NCBI RefSeq assembly: GCF_004010195.1
Contig: NC_057711.1
Span: 74,586,933 to 74,642,046, forward strand
DNA from: Chiloscyllium plagiosum
Lineage: Eukaryota
Direction of reading: 5' to 3'
DNA: 55,114 bases
Shown here in pieces: positions 20,935 to 32,232 of this stretch. Under the pieces are notes generated by a model, which was not told the origin of the DNA, did not search any database, and was given only the letters and a program-made list of their open reading frames with translations. Numbering within the stretch: position 1 is the first letter of the stretch; every line of letters begins with the position of its first letter. The translations under genes were made by a program, and so were the position numbers.

Positions 20935-23717
20935 AATTAAAAATACTATACATGAATGCACGAAGCATGAGACATAAGATGGATGAGCTTGAGGCTCTTT
21001 TGGAAATGGGCAGATACGATATTGTGGGGATAACTGAGACGTGGCTTCAAGTGGACAGGGCCTGGGAAATGAATATTCAAGGCTACACATGCTATCGTGA
21101 GGACAGACTGACGGGCAGAGGGGGTGGGTTGGCCTTGTTGGTAAGGGAAGATATTCAGACCCTTGCGCGGGGGGACCTAGAGTCAGGGGATGTAGAGTCA
21201 GTGTGGATAGAGCTGCGAAATACTAAGGTTAATAAGACCCTCTTGGGAGTCATCTACAGGCCCCCAAACAGTAGTATGGATGTCGGATGTAAGTTAAATC
21301 AGGAGCTGAAATTGGCCTGTCGCTAAAGATGTTACTACAGTTGTTATGGGGGATTTTAACATGCAGGTAGTCTGGGAGAATCAGGATGGTATTGGACATC
21401 AAGAAAGAGACTTTGTGGAGTGCCTCAGAGCTGGATTCTTAGAGCAGCTGGTGCTGGAGCCGACCAGGGAGAAGGCAATTCTGGATCTGGTATTGTGTAA
21501 CGAACCAGAATTGGTCAGAGACCTCGAAGTGAAGGAGCCATTGGGAAGTAGTGACCATAATACATTAAGCTTCAATCTGTAATTTGAGAGCGAGAGGGTA
21601 CAGTCGGAAGTGACAGTACTTCTGTTGAATAAAGTGAACTATGGAGCTATGAGGGAGGAGCTGGCCAAAGTTCAATGGTGCAATACCTTAGCAGGGATGA
21701 CCGTGGAGGAACAATGGCGGATATTTCTGTGTATAATGCAGAAGTTGCAGGATCAGTTCATTCCTAAAAGGAAGAAAGATCCCAGGAGGAGGCATGGGCG
21801 GCCATGGCTGACGAGGGAAGATAAGAAATATATAAAGTTGAAAGAGAAAAAGTATAACATAGCTAAGATAAGTGGGAAAACTGAGAACTGGGAAGCTTTT
21901 AAAGAGCAACAGAGGATTACTAAGAAGGAAATACGCAGAGAAAAAATGAGGTACAAAGGTAAACTGGCCAATAATATAATGGAGGATAGTAAAAGCTTTT
22001 TTAAGTATGTGCAAGGCAAAAAAATGGTTAGGACTAAAATTGGGCCCTTGAAGACAGAAAGAGGGGAATATATTATGGGGAACAAAGAAATGGCAGAAGA
22101 ATTAAATGGGTACTTCAGATCTGTGTTCACTGGGGAAGACACAAGCAATCTCCCTGAGGTAACAGTGGCTGAAGGACCTGAACTTAAGGGAATTTATATT
22201 TGCCAGGATTTGGTGTTGGAGAGACTGAAGGTTGATAAGTCTCCGGGGCCTGATGGTCTACATCCCACGGTACTGAAGGAGGTGGCTCGGGAAATCATAG
22301 ATGCATTGGTGATTATTTTCCAGAGTTCGATAGATTCAGGGTCAGTTCCTGAGGATTGGAGAGTGGCTAATGTTATACCACTTTTTAAGAAAGGTGGGAG
22401 AGAGAAAGCAGGAAATTATAGACCAGTTAGTCTGACCTCAGTGGTGGGAAAGATGCTGGAGTCTATTATAAAGGATGAAATTACGGCACATCTAGATAGT
22501 AGTAACAGGATAGGACAGAGTCAGCATGGATTTATGAAGGGGAAATCGTGCTTGACTAATCTTCTTGAATTTTTTGAGGATGTAATTCTGAAGATGGACG
22601 AAGGAGATCCAGTAGATGTAGTGTACTGGACATTCAGAAAGCTTTTGATAAAGTCCCACACAGGAGGTTAGTGAGTAAAATTAGCATGGTATTGGGGGCA
22701 AAGTACTAGATTGGATTGAAAATTGGTTGGCTGATAAGAAACAAAGGGTACTGATAAACGGCTCCATTTCGGAATGGCAGGCAGTGACCAGTGGGGTACC
22801 GCAGAGATCCGTGCTGGGACCGCAGCTTTTTACAATATATGTTAATGATATAGAAGATGGTATCAGCAATAACATTAGCAAATTTGCTGATGATACAAAG
22901 CTGGGTGGCAGGGTGAAATGTGATGAGGATGTTAGGAGATTTCAGGGTGACCTGGTCAAGTTAGGTGAGTGGGCAGATGCATGGCAAATGTAGTTTAATG
23001 TGGATAAATGTATGGTTATCCACTTTGGTGGCAAGAACAGGAAGGCAGATTACTACCTCAATGGAATCAATTTAGGTAAAGGGGCAGTACAGAGAGATCT
23101 GGGTGTTCTTGTACACCAGTCAATGAAGGTAAGCATGCAGGTACAGCAGGTAGTGAAGAAGGCTAATAGCATGCTGGCCTTCATAGCAAAAGGAATTGAG
23201 TATAGAAGTAAAGAGGTTCTTCTGCAACTGTACAGGGCCCTGGTGAGACCACACCTGGAGTACTGTGTGCAGTTCTGGTCTCCAAATTTGAGGAAATACA
23301 TTCTGGCTATTGAGGGAGTGCAGCGTAGGTTCACGAGGTCAATTCCTGGAATGGTGGGATTACCTTACACTGATAGACTGAAGCGACTGGGCTTGTATAC
23401 CCTTGAGTTTAGAAGACTGACAGGGGATCTGATTGAGACATATAAGATTATGAAAGGATTGGACACTCTGGCAGCAGGAAACATATTTCTGCTGATGGGT
23501 GAGCGCCAAACCAGAGGACACCAAAATACGGGGTAGACCATTTAGGACAGAGATGAGGAGAAACTTCTTCACCCAGAAAGTGGTGGCTGTGTGGAATGCT
23601 CTGCCTCAGAGGGCAGTGGAGGCCCAGTCTCTGGATTCATTTAAGAAAGAGTTGGATAGAGCTCTCAAAGATAGTGGAATCAAGGGTTATGGAGATAAGG
23701 CAGGAAGAGGATACTGA
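20935..23717 (+). pseudogene. CR1 ORF2 endonuclease-reverse transcriptase with several stops and frameshifts
   Basis: Collinear ORFs 20790-23717 cover APE, RT and C-terminal domains. Confidence 0.9.
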
Positions 23718-23812
23718 TTAGGAATGATCAGCCATGATCATATTGAATGGCGGTGCAGGCTCGAAGGGCTGAATGGCCTACTCCTGCACCTATTGTCTAT
23801 TGTCTATTGACT

Positions 23813-25692
23813 CTCTTAATCAATATAAAGAGTGTCAGGGTATTCTTAAGAGAGAAATCAGGAAGACAAAGGGGGGATATGAGATCACATTGAGATCCAA
23901 ATAGATTCTATAAATACATTAAGAGCAAAAGGGCAACTACAGAGAGGGTAGGACCTCTTAAAGATCAAGGGAGTTGTATTTGTGTTGAAGCACCTGGAGA
24001 TAAGAGAGGTACTAAATGAATATTTTGTGTCAGTTTTTACTGTGGAGAAAGAAATGAAGACTAGACAATGCAGAGAAATAAACTTTGATATTTTAAAAAA
24101 GCAGTTCACATTGCAGAATAGGAAGTTTGGGAGGTTTCAGGGAATATAAAAGTGGATAAATCTCTAGGTCCTGACCTAATGTATCCAAAAATATTGTGGA
24201 AAATAAGGGAGGAAATTACGAGACCCCTTGCAGAAATATCTGCATCATGACTATGGGTGAGGTGCCTGATGATTGGAGGACGGCTAATGTTGTACCTTTG
24301 TTTAAGAAAGGTTATAAGGAGAAACCGGGGAACTACAGACCCATGAATCTGACTTCAGTTGTGGGTAAATTGTTGAAAATTATAATAAAAATTAGGACTT
24401 ATGGACACTTCGAGAGGTAAAAATTGAGAGGAAAACCGAGTATCACAAACTTGATTGAGTTTTTTGAGGAAGTTACCAAAAAGGTTGATGATGGCAGAGC
24501 AGTAGGTATTGTTTATTTGGTTTTTAGTAAAGCCTTTGACAAAGTTCCGCAAAGTAGACTAATTAGTAAAGTTAGGTCACATGGGATTCAGGGTGAGCTT
24601 GCCAATTGGATATATAATCAGCTTTACAGTGGGAGACAGAGAGTATTGGTGGAGGGTTGTTTTTCAGACTGGAGGCCTGTGACCAGTGGTGTTCTATGGG
24701 GATTGGTTCTGGGCACTCTTTTGCTTCTTATTTATATAAATGATTTGAATGAGAATATAAAAGGCATCGTTAGTAAGTTTGCAGATAACACCAAAACTAA
24801 TGGCACAATAGACAGTGAAGGAGGGTTTCTAAAATTACAAAGGGATCTTGATCAAATGAGTCAATGGGCTGAAGAATGGCAGGTGGAGTTCAATCTGGAT
24901 AAGTACGAGGTATTATATTTGGGCAGAACAAACAAGGGCAGGTCTTATACAATTAATGGTCGGGTCTTTGGTAGTGTTGTAGAATGGAGGGACATGGGGT
25001 GCAGGTACATAATTCTTTAAAGTTTGGGTCACATATAGACAGGGTGGTTAAAAAGTTATTTGGCATGCTTGCTTTCATTGCTCAGCCCTTTGAGTGTCGG
25101 AGTTCGAATGTTATTTTGAGGCTGTATAAGACATTGGGAAGGCTTCTTCTGGAATACAGTGTCCAGCTCTGGTTGCCCAGTTATCGGAAGGATACTGTCA
25201 AGCTGGAGAAAGTTTAGAAGAGATTTACCAGGATGTAGCCGGGTATGGAAGGTCTGAGTTATAAAAAAAGGCTGGACAGACTGGGAGTTTTTTCACTGCA
25301 GCATAAGAGGTTGAGAGGTGATCTGATAAAAGTTTATAAAATAGTGAGAGGTACAGATAGAGTACCTCTACCTGCAGATAGTTGTCCTTTCCCTAAGATA
25401 GGGAATTTCAAGACTAGGTGGCAATTTTTTAAAGTGAGAGGAGAGAGATGCAAAAAAGAAATAAGAGGCAAATTTTTTACACAGTGCTTGGTTCACGTGA
25501 AATTCCTGAGGAAGAGTAGATGTGGGTACAATTAAAATGTTTAAAAGACATTTGGGATGGATACATTAATAGGAAAGGTTTGGAGGGATATGGGTCAGGA
25601 GCAGGCATGTGGGACTACTTTAATTTGGGATTATGTTTGGCATGGACTGGTTGGACCAAAGGTGTGTTTCCATGCTGGATGACTCTATGACT
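23813..25692 (+). mobile_element. Host CR1, 3' segment (RT to tail)
   Basis: WRTANVVPLFKKG, FSKAFDKV, FADNTK; gactctatgact tail. Confidence 0.9.
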
Positions 25693-26120
25693 CACTGAAA
25701 ATTGTTAGGCTTGTTTTTTTTAATTTCTGTGAAAATGTCCAACATTCTTTCAAAAGTTGTGATAAAGCTGGATATTGTTTCTGTTTGTAAGTTTTTTAAA
25801 CTCTTCAGCTAGCTCCGTACATTCTAGGATCAATGGTTTTGAAAGTTTTTTTTTCGCATTGGGCTATCATTGCGATGTACTAAAAAAGAAGACAAACTTT
25901 GATGATCTTTTTGATCTAAGTTCACTTTTTGTTCCCATCATTCTCTTATACAGTGACAGCTTCTATCATTAGATGGATATTTCTTTCCTGTCTGAGATCC
26001 TCTTCTGACAGTAATATATTTGAAAAAATGATCAGAAATTCTGAATACAATTCTTTTTCTAAGTAGTTATAATTGTAAATCACCATAATAATGACAGAGT
26101 ACAAAGATTGTTGTAAAGTT

Positions 26121-26535
26121 TAGGCAAAAGTGAGAACTGCAGAGCGCTTTAGGGAACATCTCCGGGACACCTGCACCAATCAGCCTCAATGCCCCATGGT
26201 CCAACATTTCAACTTCCCCTCCCACTCTGCCACTCCCTCACCACCCGATGCCTGGAGGAAGAGCGGCTCATCTTCCGCCTCGGAACACTTCAACCCCAAG
26301 GCATCAATGTGGACTTCACCAGTTTCCTCATTTCCCCTCTCCTCACCTTACCCCAGTTCCAAACTTCCAGCTCAGCACCATCCTCATGACCTGTCATACC
26401 TGCCAATCTCCCTTCCCACCTATCTGCTCCACCCTCCTCTCTGACCTATCACCTCCATCCCCACCTCCATTCACCTATTGTACTCTTTGCTACCTTCTCC
26501 CCAGCAACCCTGCCCCCTCCCCCCCCCCCTCTTTC
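26121..26535 (+). mobile_element. Penelope-like family B fragment (GIY-YIG C-terminus and pyrimidine-rich UTR)
   Basis: AERFREHLRDTCTNQP...HFN...LEEERLIFRLGTLQPQGINVDF; preceded by an inverted tail piece ggcaaaagtgagaactgcag. Confidence 0.8.
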
Positions 26536-26689
26536 ACCTGAAATGCTTCTTTGCAACAGTTTGGAAATAAGTTGTCCGAAATGTTGCATCAACCACTTGA
26601 TTTGTTTCCCTCAGGTTTACATTACTATGCACTGGTTCTCCCATGGAGTCTACGCTTCAGACCCTGTATGACTTGTTATTGATTTAGTT

Positions 26690-27050
26690 TCATTTCTGAT
26701 TGACAAGCGAAGTGTTCCTCTGAACATATGCATTTCCTTTCAAAAGGATATATACCCTTGGATATTTAATTTCCAGCTCTGATCCCATTGCAGCCACGTT
26801 CGGTGGTGCTCACAAATTTTGAGCCATATATTTCAAACTGCGCTCCAACTTCATTTACCGCATTTCACATACTGCACACATTGAAGAACAACAGCCTCTG
26901 ACTGTCCTCCCCGTCTCACACTTATTCCCTGCATTTATCCGCTCCTCAACCCTCTCAGTCAATAATTACTTCCAGTCCCTTCCACATCCTTATCGATCTA
27001 ATTTACCAGGATACTGGTCCTCTCGTGCTTCACGACAGAGTCATGGAAAC
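26690..27050 (-). mobile_element. Very old CR1 fragment (ORF1/ORF2 junction, APE start)
   Basis: tccagctctgatcccattgcagccacg...catactgcacacattg resembles the reverse of the NARSI...TWL...WEL region. Confidence 0.5.
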
Positions 27051-27243
27051 AAGCTATGAAGGTGACGGTGAGCGATAGACTTGGGAGAGTTTCCGTCTGG
27101 TCACAATGCCTCCTTCAGTGACATTGCTTTATAACAGAGTTAGAACAAGCATGAATTAGATATCACTTCCAGAGTAAACATCCAGGATATTCCTGACTAA
27201 ACGACCCACTGTCTGACATTGTGTTCAATGTTGCAGACCACAT

Positions 27244-27574
27244 CGGCGGCAAGGTGAGTCAGTGGTTAGCATTGCAGCTTCACCCGGGACCTTGGTTTGA
27301 TACAAGCTTCGGGCGACTGCCTCTCCGTAATTTGCACATTCTCCACGTGTCTGCGTGGATTTCCTCCCACAGTCCGAAGATATGCAGGTTTGGTGACTGG
27401 AGCCAGCTAAGGTGCCTATATTGTTTGGGCACGTGTAGCGTCGGTGTTAGTGAGGGGAAATGTGGAGTAATAGGGTACGGGAACACGTCGGGGCGGGATG
27501 CTCTGCGGAGGTTCGGTGTGAACCCGTTGGGCCAACTGCCCTGTTTCCACACTGCAGGGATTCTGTGATTCTAT
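27244..27574 (+). mobile_element. Diverged but CpG-rich HE1-like SINE
   Basis: Head cggcggcaaggtgagtcagtggttagca and 3' end ccctgtttccacactgcagggattct. Confidence 0.8.
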
Positions 27575-27892
27575 ATCAGACAGAAGCAAATAGATTCACG
27601 AAATGTTGAATTCCATCTAATTTATGTGTTGCAGCATCTCTGAGGTGTCCTGTTGGAGCATCTCCCAGTTTAAATTAAATCTGCATGAATGGGTACAAGA
27701 CAATTTGGGCCAGGTATTCTCTCACATCTTTGTGATACAATCTGTGCGATAGTCAGTTTCCACGGGATGAGGATATAATCATTATGGTGAGTAAATGATG
27801 CTATGACCTTCCATGAAGAACACCAGATTCTGAGTTTTAATACGTTTTTAAATGTAATTACAATGACTTTGTTGAGATGAATCGAAAATGAT

Positions 27893-28381
27893 TCAGATGA
27901 TGTGAAACTTGAAAGGGTTCAGAAAAGATTTACAAGGGCATTGCCACAGTTGGAGGATTTGAGCTGTAGGGAGAGGCTGGAGCGTTGGAGGTTGAGAGTT
28001 GAACTTATAGATGATTACAAAATTACGAGGGGCATAGATAGGATAAATAGGCAAAGTCTTTTCCCTGGGGTCGGGGAAGCCAGAACTAGAGGGCATAGGT
28101 TTAGGGTGAGAAGGGAAAGATATAAAAGAGACCTAAGGTGCAACTTTTTCATGCAGTGGGTGGTATGTGAATGGATTGAGCTGCCAGAGGAAGTGGTGTA
28201 GACTGGTACGATTGAAACATTTAAAAGACATCTGGATGGGTATATGAATAAGAAGGGTTTGGAAGGATATGAGTCAGTTGCTGGCAGGTGTGACTCGATT
28301 GAGTTGGGATATCTGGTCGGCATGGATGGGTTGGACCGAAGGGTCTGTTTCCATGCTGTACGTCTCTATGACTCTGTGACT
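27893..28381 (+). mobile_element. CR1 3' fragment
   Basis: KLERVQKRFTRALP...TRGHRFRVR; ctctatgactctgtgac tail. Confidence 0.9.
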
Positions 28382-28777
28382 AAACACAGTCTCAAGCATA
28401 GTGTACTACTTCCATTTCATTCTGTCTTCTCTCTGGTCTGTTATTCTCCATTACTGCGCTCTGTTGACATCAGAATAATTTACTTGATTACCGAGTATAC
28501 TATCATCTCCATCAGCACATTTATATCCTATTAAACACCAAATGCGATCCATCAATCCTAGAAAGATCATTTCCAGAAACTCCACATTCACAGTGGCAGT
28601 TGATACCCTCGTAACGATTCCTCACTGTCTTAAGGCAGAATCCATGGATGAACCACCATCAATGGGAAAGCTGCAAAAAGGAATCATTCACCTGCAAAAC
28701 AACAACAAAAAATCAATGGCCTGAGGGTATTCCAACTCAAGTCTTCATAGCTGGTGGGCTTTTACTCACATCGCATG

Positions 28778-29115
28778 GGGCAGCACGATAGATCAGTCGT
28801 TAAGATTCTGCCTCACAGCGCCAGGGACCCAGGTTCTATTCCACCCTCAGGCAACTGTTAGTGTCGAGTTGGCATATTCTCCCCGTGTCTACAAGGGCTT
28901 ACTTCAGATGCTCCAGTTTCCTCACACAGTCCAAAGACTAGGTAGATTGGCCATGCTAAGTTGCCCAAAGTATCCAGGGCTGTGTAGGTTAGATGGATTA
29001 GCCATGGCAAATGTAGGGTTACAAGGATGGGGTGGGTTTGTATGTGATGCTCTTCAGAGGGTTGGTGTGAACTTGATGGGTCAAATGACCTACTCCCACA
29101 CTGTAGAGATTCTAT
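28778..29115 (+). mobile_element. HE1-like SINE
   Basis: ctgcctcacagcgccagggacccaggttc head, V-domain and tail. Confidence 0.8.
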
Positions 29116-29199
29116 GTGCAGGTACTTATTTTATGGATTTGGCAGGAAAATCAACTGTTTCGTGATGATGTGATTGCATCTGTCTTGAGTTGGAGATTT

Positions 29200-30700
29200 G
29201 AAACAGTTGCATTCAAAATGCAGGCAAGTGTCAAGCAAGGTTGTGGATAACCACCACATTATTAACAATCTACCTGATATTGAATATTTATCATATCAAA
29301 ACTAACTGTATACCCGTCTGAACATCAAATACCATCTAGATGGAAAACCCTTTAACCTCAGTTGTCTTCCTTGCAAAACTAAACTATGTGATTTATAGCT
29401 TGTGGATGACTGTCATGTTTTCACCCAGTCTGTTCCAGATTGACAAGCCACACTCGGCCTCTTCAATTCTGCAGAAAAGAAGCTTGGCCTGTCTTTCAGT
29501 CTTGCCAAAAGGCACACTTTGTCAGCCAAATATGCCACCTCCCATACTTGCTGATGAAGAAACTTTAAAATATATTGTGTGTGATATTTTACCAGATGAC
29601 CTGCTGTCATATATTTGCTAGCTGTATCAGCATGTGGTACTGTTTGAGAATTATTTCAGGTCGTTCACTTCCACAAATCTTCCTGCGTCTTTGTTTTTTC
29701 TTCAGTCTATCTACTAATTCGCCAACTTTAGATTCATCAACTTTAAGTACATTTACGTCCTCATTGGACAAGCATATGGACGTACATGGAATAGTGCTGA
29801 ATTGCTGTGCTCTTCCAGCACCACTGATCCAGTATCTACTAATTCGCCAACTTTAGATTCATCAACTTTAAGTACATTTACGTCCTCATTGGACAAGCAT
29901 ATGGACGTACATGGAACAGTGTAGGTTAGATGAGCTTCAGATTGGTATGGCAGGTCGCGAAACATCGAGGGCCTGTACTGCACTGTAATGTTCTATGTTC
30001 TATGTTCTAATTAGTGGGAGAAGATTCACTAACATAGTGTATCAATGGAAAAGGCACTGTTTTTCGATAACCAGAATGTTTTTGGCATCATAACAATAAG
30101 TGCAATTATGTTTGGTCAGGCATAATTTCTAGTCCTGTGGGAAGCTGGTACAAATGCATCTATTCATTCCAAAAGCCAAGGAAGAACTCATTGTCTCCAC
30201 TACAGATTCTGTGTGACATCAGTAGAGAAGATGGAGCCCACTTAACATGAATATTAATGCCCTCAAAACCATTATCTTATACAACATTGAACATATTCTG
30301 GATCTGGGCAGCCACCACTCTCAAAAGGCAGTCATTGAGAAGGACATCCAATGTGAGTTCAATTGTGTTAGCTCAACCTTCTACATCTAAGGCAGTGTGC
30401 ATTTGACAACAAAAAACTCAGAAGTCTGTAAACATCTTAGTAATTATTATCACTCCATTTCTGTCCTGCAGTAAGGCCTGAACTGTGTATCAGTGACACA
30501 CAAGATTGCGAGAGGATTTCCATCAGAAATGTCTCTCATGCCTCCTCCATGGATGTACTTGGAAACATGGATGTACCTATCCATTTCTTAGTTCCAGCCG
30601 ATTATTAAAAAAAGCAAGTATGCCCAAACTAGCTTTATGGAGAATGGTGAACTATGGCATGACTTGTTACTACACAGGCACAACCCCTTTAAATTAGTTA
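29200..30700 (+). mobile_element. Highly decayed RTE-like fragments (29200-29420, 30130-30700)
   Basis: YHLDGKPFNL and LGS...IEKDIQ-like remnants, plus FHQKCL. Confidence 0.4.
29708..30008 (+). mobile_element. CR1 3' end with an 89-bp duplication around a 36-bp PLE fragment
   Basis: Copies at 29708-29796 and 29833-29921; (ttctatg)n tail. Confidence 0.85.
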
Positions 30701-31085
30701 TTTCTTTGTGGAATTTGTGTAGCGATGTTTCATTCTCCTGCAGGGTGACAGCAGTTATTGCCTGAAGCATTGCTTCATAACTCATGCCAAATACCGAACT
30801 CAGAGAACAAAAGCAATATAATAGACACACCAAACTATTTTCACAGTTATTGTTTGGCTTCTACAGTGGAATCATTCATTTTATAGTGTGAAGAATGCTC
30901 ATCAATTCTTTGTAGTAGAACATGGGACTGCTGTAGTAGGGTCACAGTTAACAATGACAGAAGATGGGCAGACATATATCACCAAAACAATGGTCAATGA
31001 CAAGACCCTGTTATTAATTGGGCTACCTTTGAGTAGTTAATCTTTTAAAGGAATTTAATTCACAATAGCCACATGGGTGGATGGT

Positions 31086-32232
31086 TTATAGAGTCCTACA
31101 GTACAGAGACAGGCTCTTCGGCCCAAATTGATCCATGCCGACCAATCCACACTAACCCTATATCCCTGCACTTAGCCCATATGCTTTGAAACCTTTCCTA
31201 TTCTCATATTTGTCCAAATGTCTTTTAAATTTTGTTAATGTACCTGCCTCAATCATTTCCACTGGCAGCTCATTCCATATGCATACCATCCGCTGTGGAA
31301 AAAAAGTTGGCCCTCAGGTTCTCTTTTATTTTTTCCCTGCTCACCTTAAACTGATGCCCTCAATTTCCCCAACCCTGGGAAAAAGACTGAGTGAATTCAC
31401 TCTATCCATGCATCTCATGATCTTATACAATTCTCCAACATCCCTCCTCAATGTCCTACGCTCTAAAGAAAAAGGTCCTAGTTTGTCCAACATCTCACTA
31501 TAACTCAGTCACTTCAGTCCTGGCATTATCTTTGTAAATTTCTTCTGCACTTTTTATAGTTTAATAACATTGCTCCTATAGCAAGGTGACAAAAACTGAA
31601 CACAATACTCCAAATGTCACCTTACCAATGTCCTGAACAACTGCAGCATATCTTCTCAACTTCTATACTCAATGCCCTGCCCGATGAAGGCAAATGTGCC
31701 AAAAGCCTTTTCTACTGCCCTGTCTACCTGTGGCTCCACTTTCAGAGAACTATGCACCTGAACTCCAAGGTCCCTCTGTTCCACTACACACCTTAAGGCT
31801 CTACCGTTCACCATGAAACTCCTACCTTGGTTTGACTTTCCAGAATGCAACACCTCATTAAACTCCATTTGTCATTTCTTGGCCCACTTTCCCAGCTGAG
31901 CAAGATCCTGCTGCAATTTCTGATAACCTTCTAGACTGTCCACGATTCCTCCTATTTAGTGTGATCCGCAAACCTACCAAACATGCCTTGGACATTCTCA
32001 TCTAAATCATTGATATAGATAACAAATAGCAATGAACCCTGAGGTATGCCACTAGTCACAGGCCTCCAGCCCAACAAGTATTCTTCCACTATTACCCTGT
32101 GCTTCCTACCATCAAGCCAACTGTGTATCCAATTTGCCAACTCCCCCTGCATTCCATGCAGTCCAACCTTTCAGAGCAGCCTACCATGTGGAATCTTATC
32201 AAAGGCCTTACTGAAATCCATACAGACTGCGT
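31086..32232 (-). mobile_element. CR1 3' fragment (RT to tail)
   Basis: Minus ORFs QGELANWIHSWL...FADHTK, EQRDLGVQVH. Confidence 0.9.

Larger units (their letters stand above)
19741..23812 (+). mobile_element. Near full-length CR1 LINE (5'UTR, ORF1, ORF2, tail) nested in an older CR1
   Basis: GC-rich 5' end, CxxC...CxxC ORF1, APE (YMNARS, ITETW, YRPP, GDFN, SDH), RT (FADDTK), (ctattgt)n tail. Confidence 0.95.

Noticed and set aside
21610..22671. 353-aa ORF as a functional gene
   Set aside because: It is a fragment of CR1 ORF2 bounded by stops and frameshifts; the RT domain is broken.
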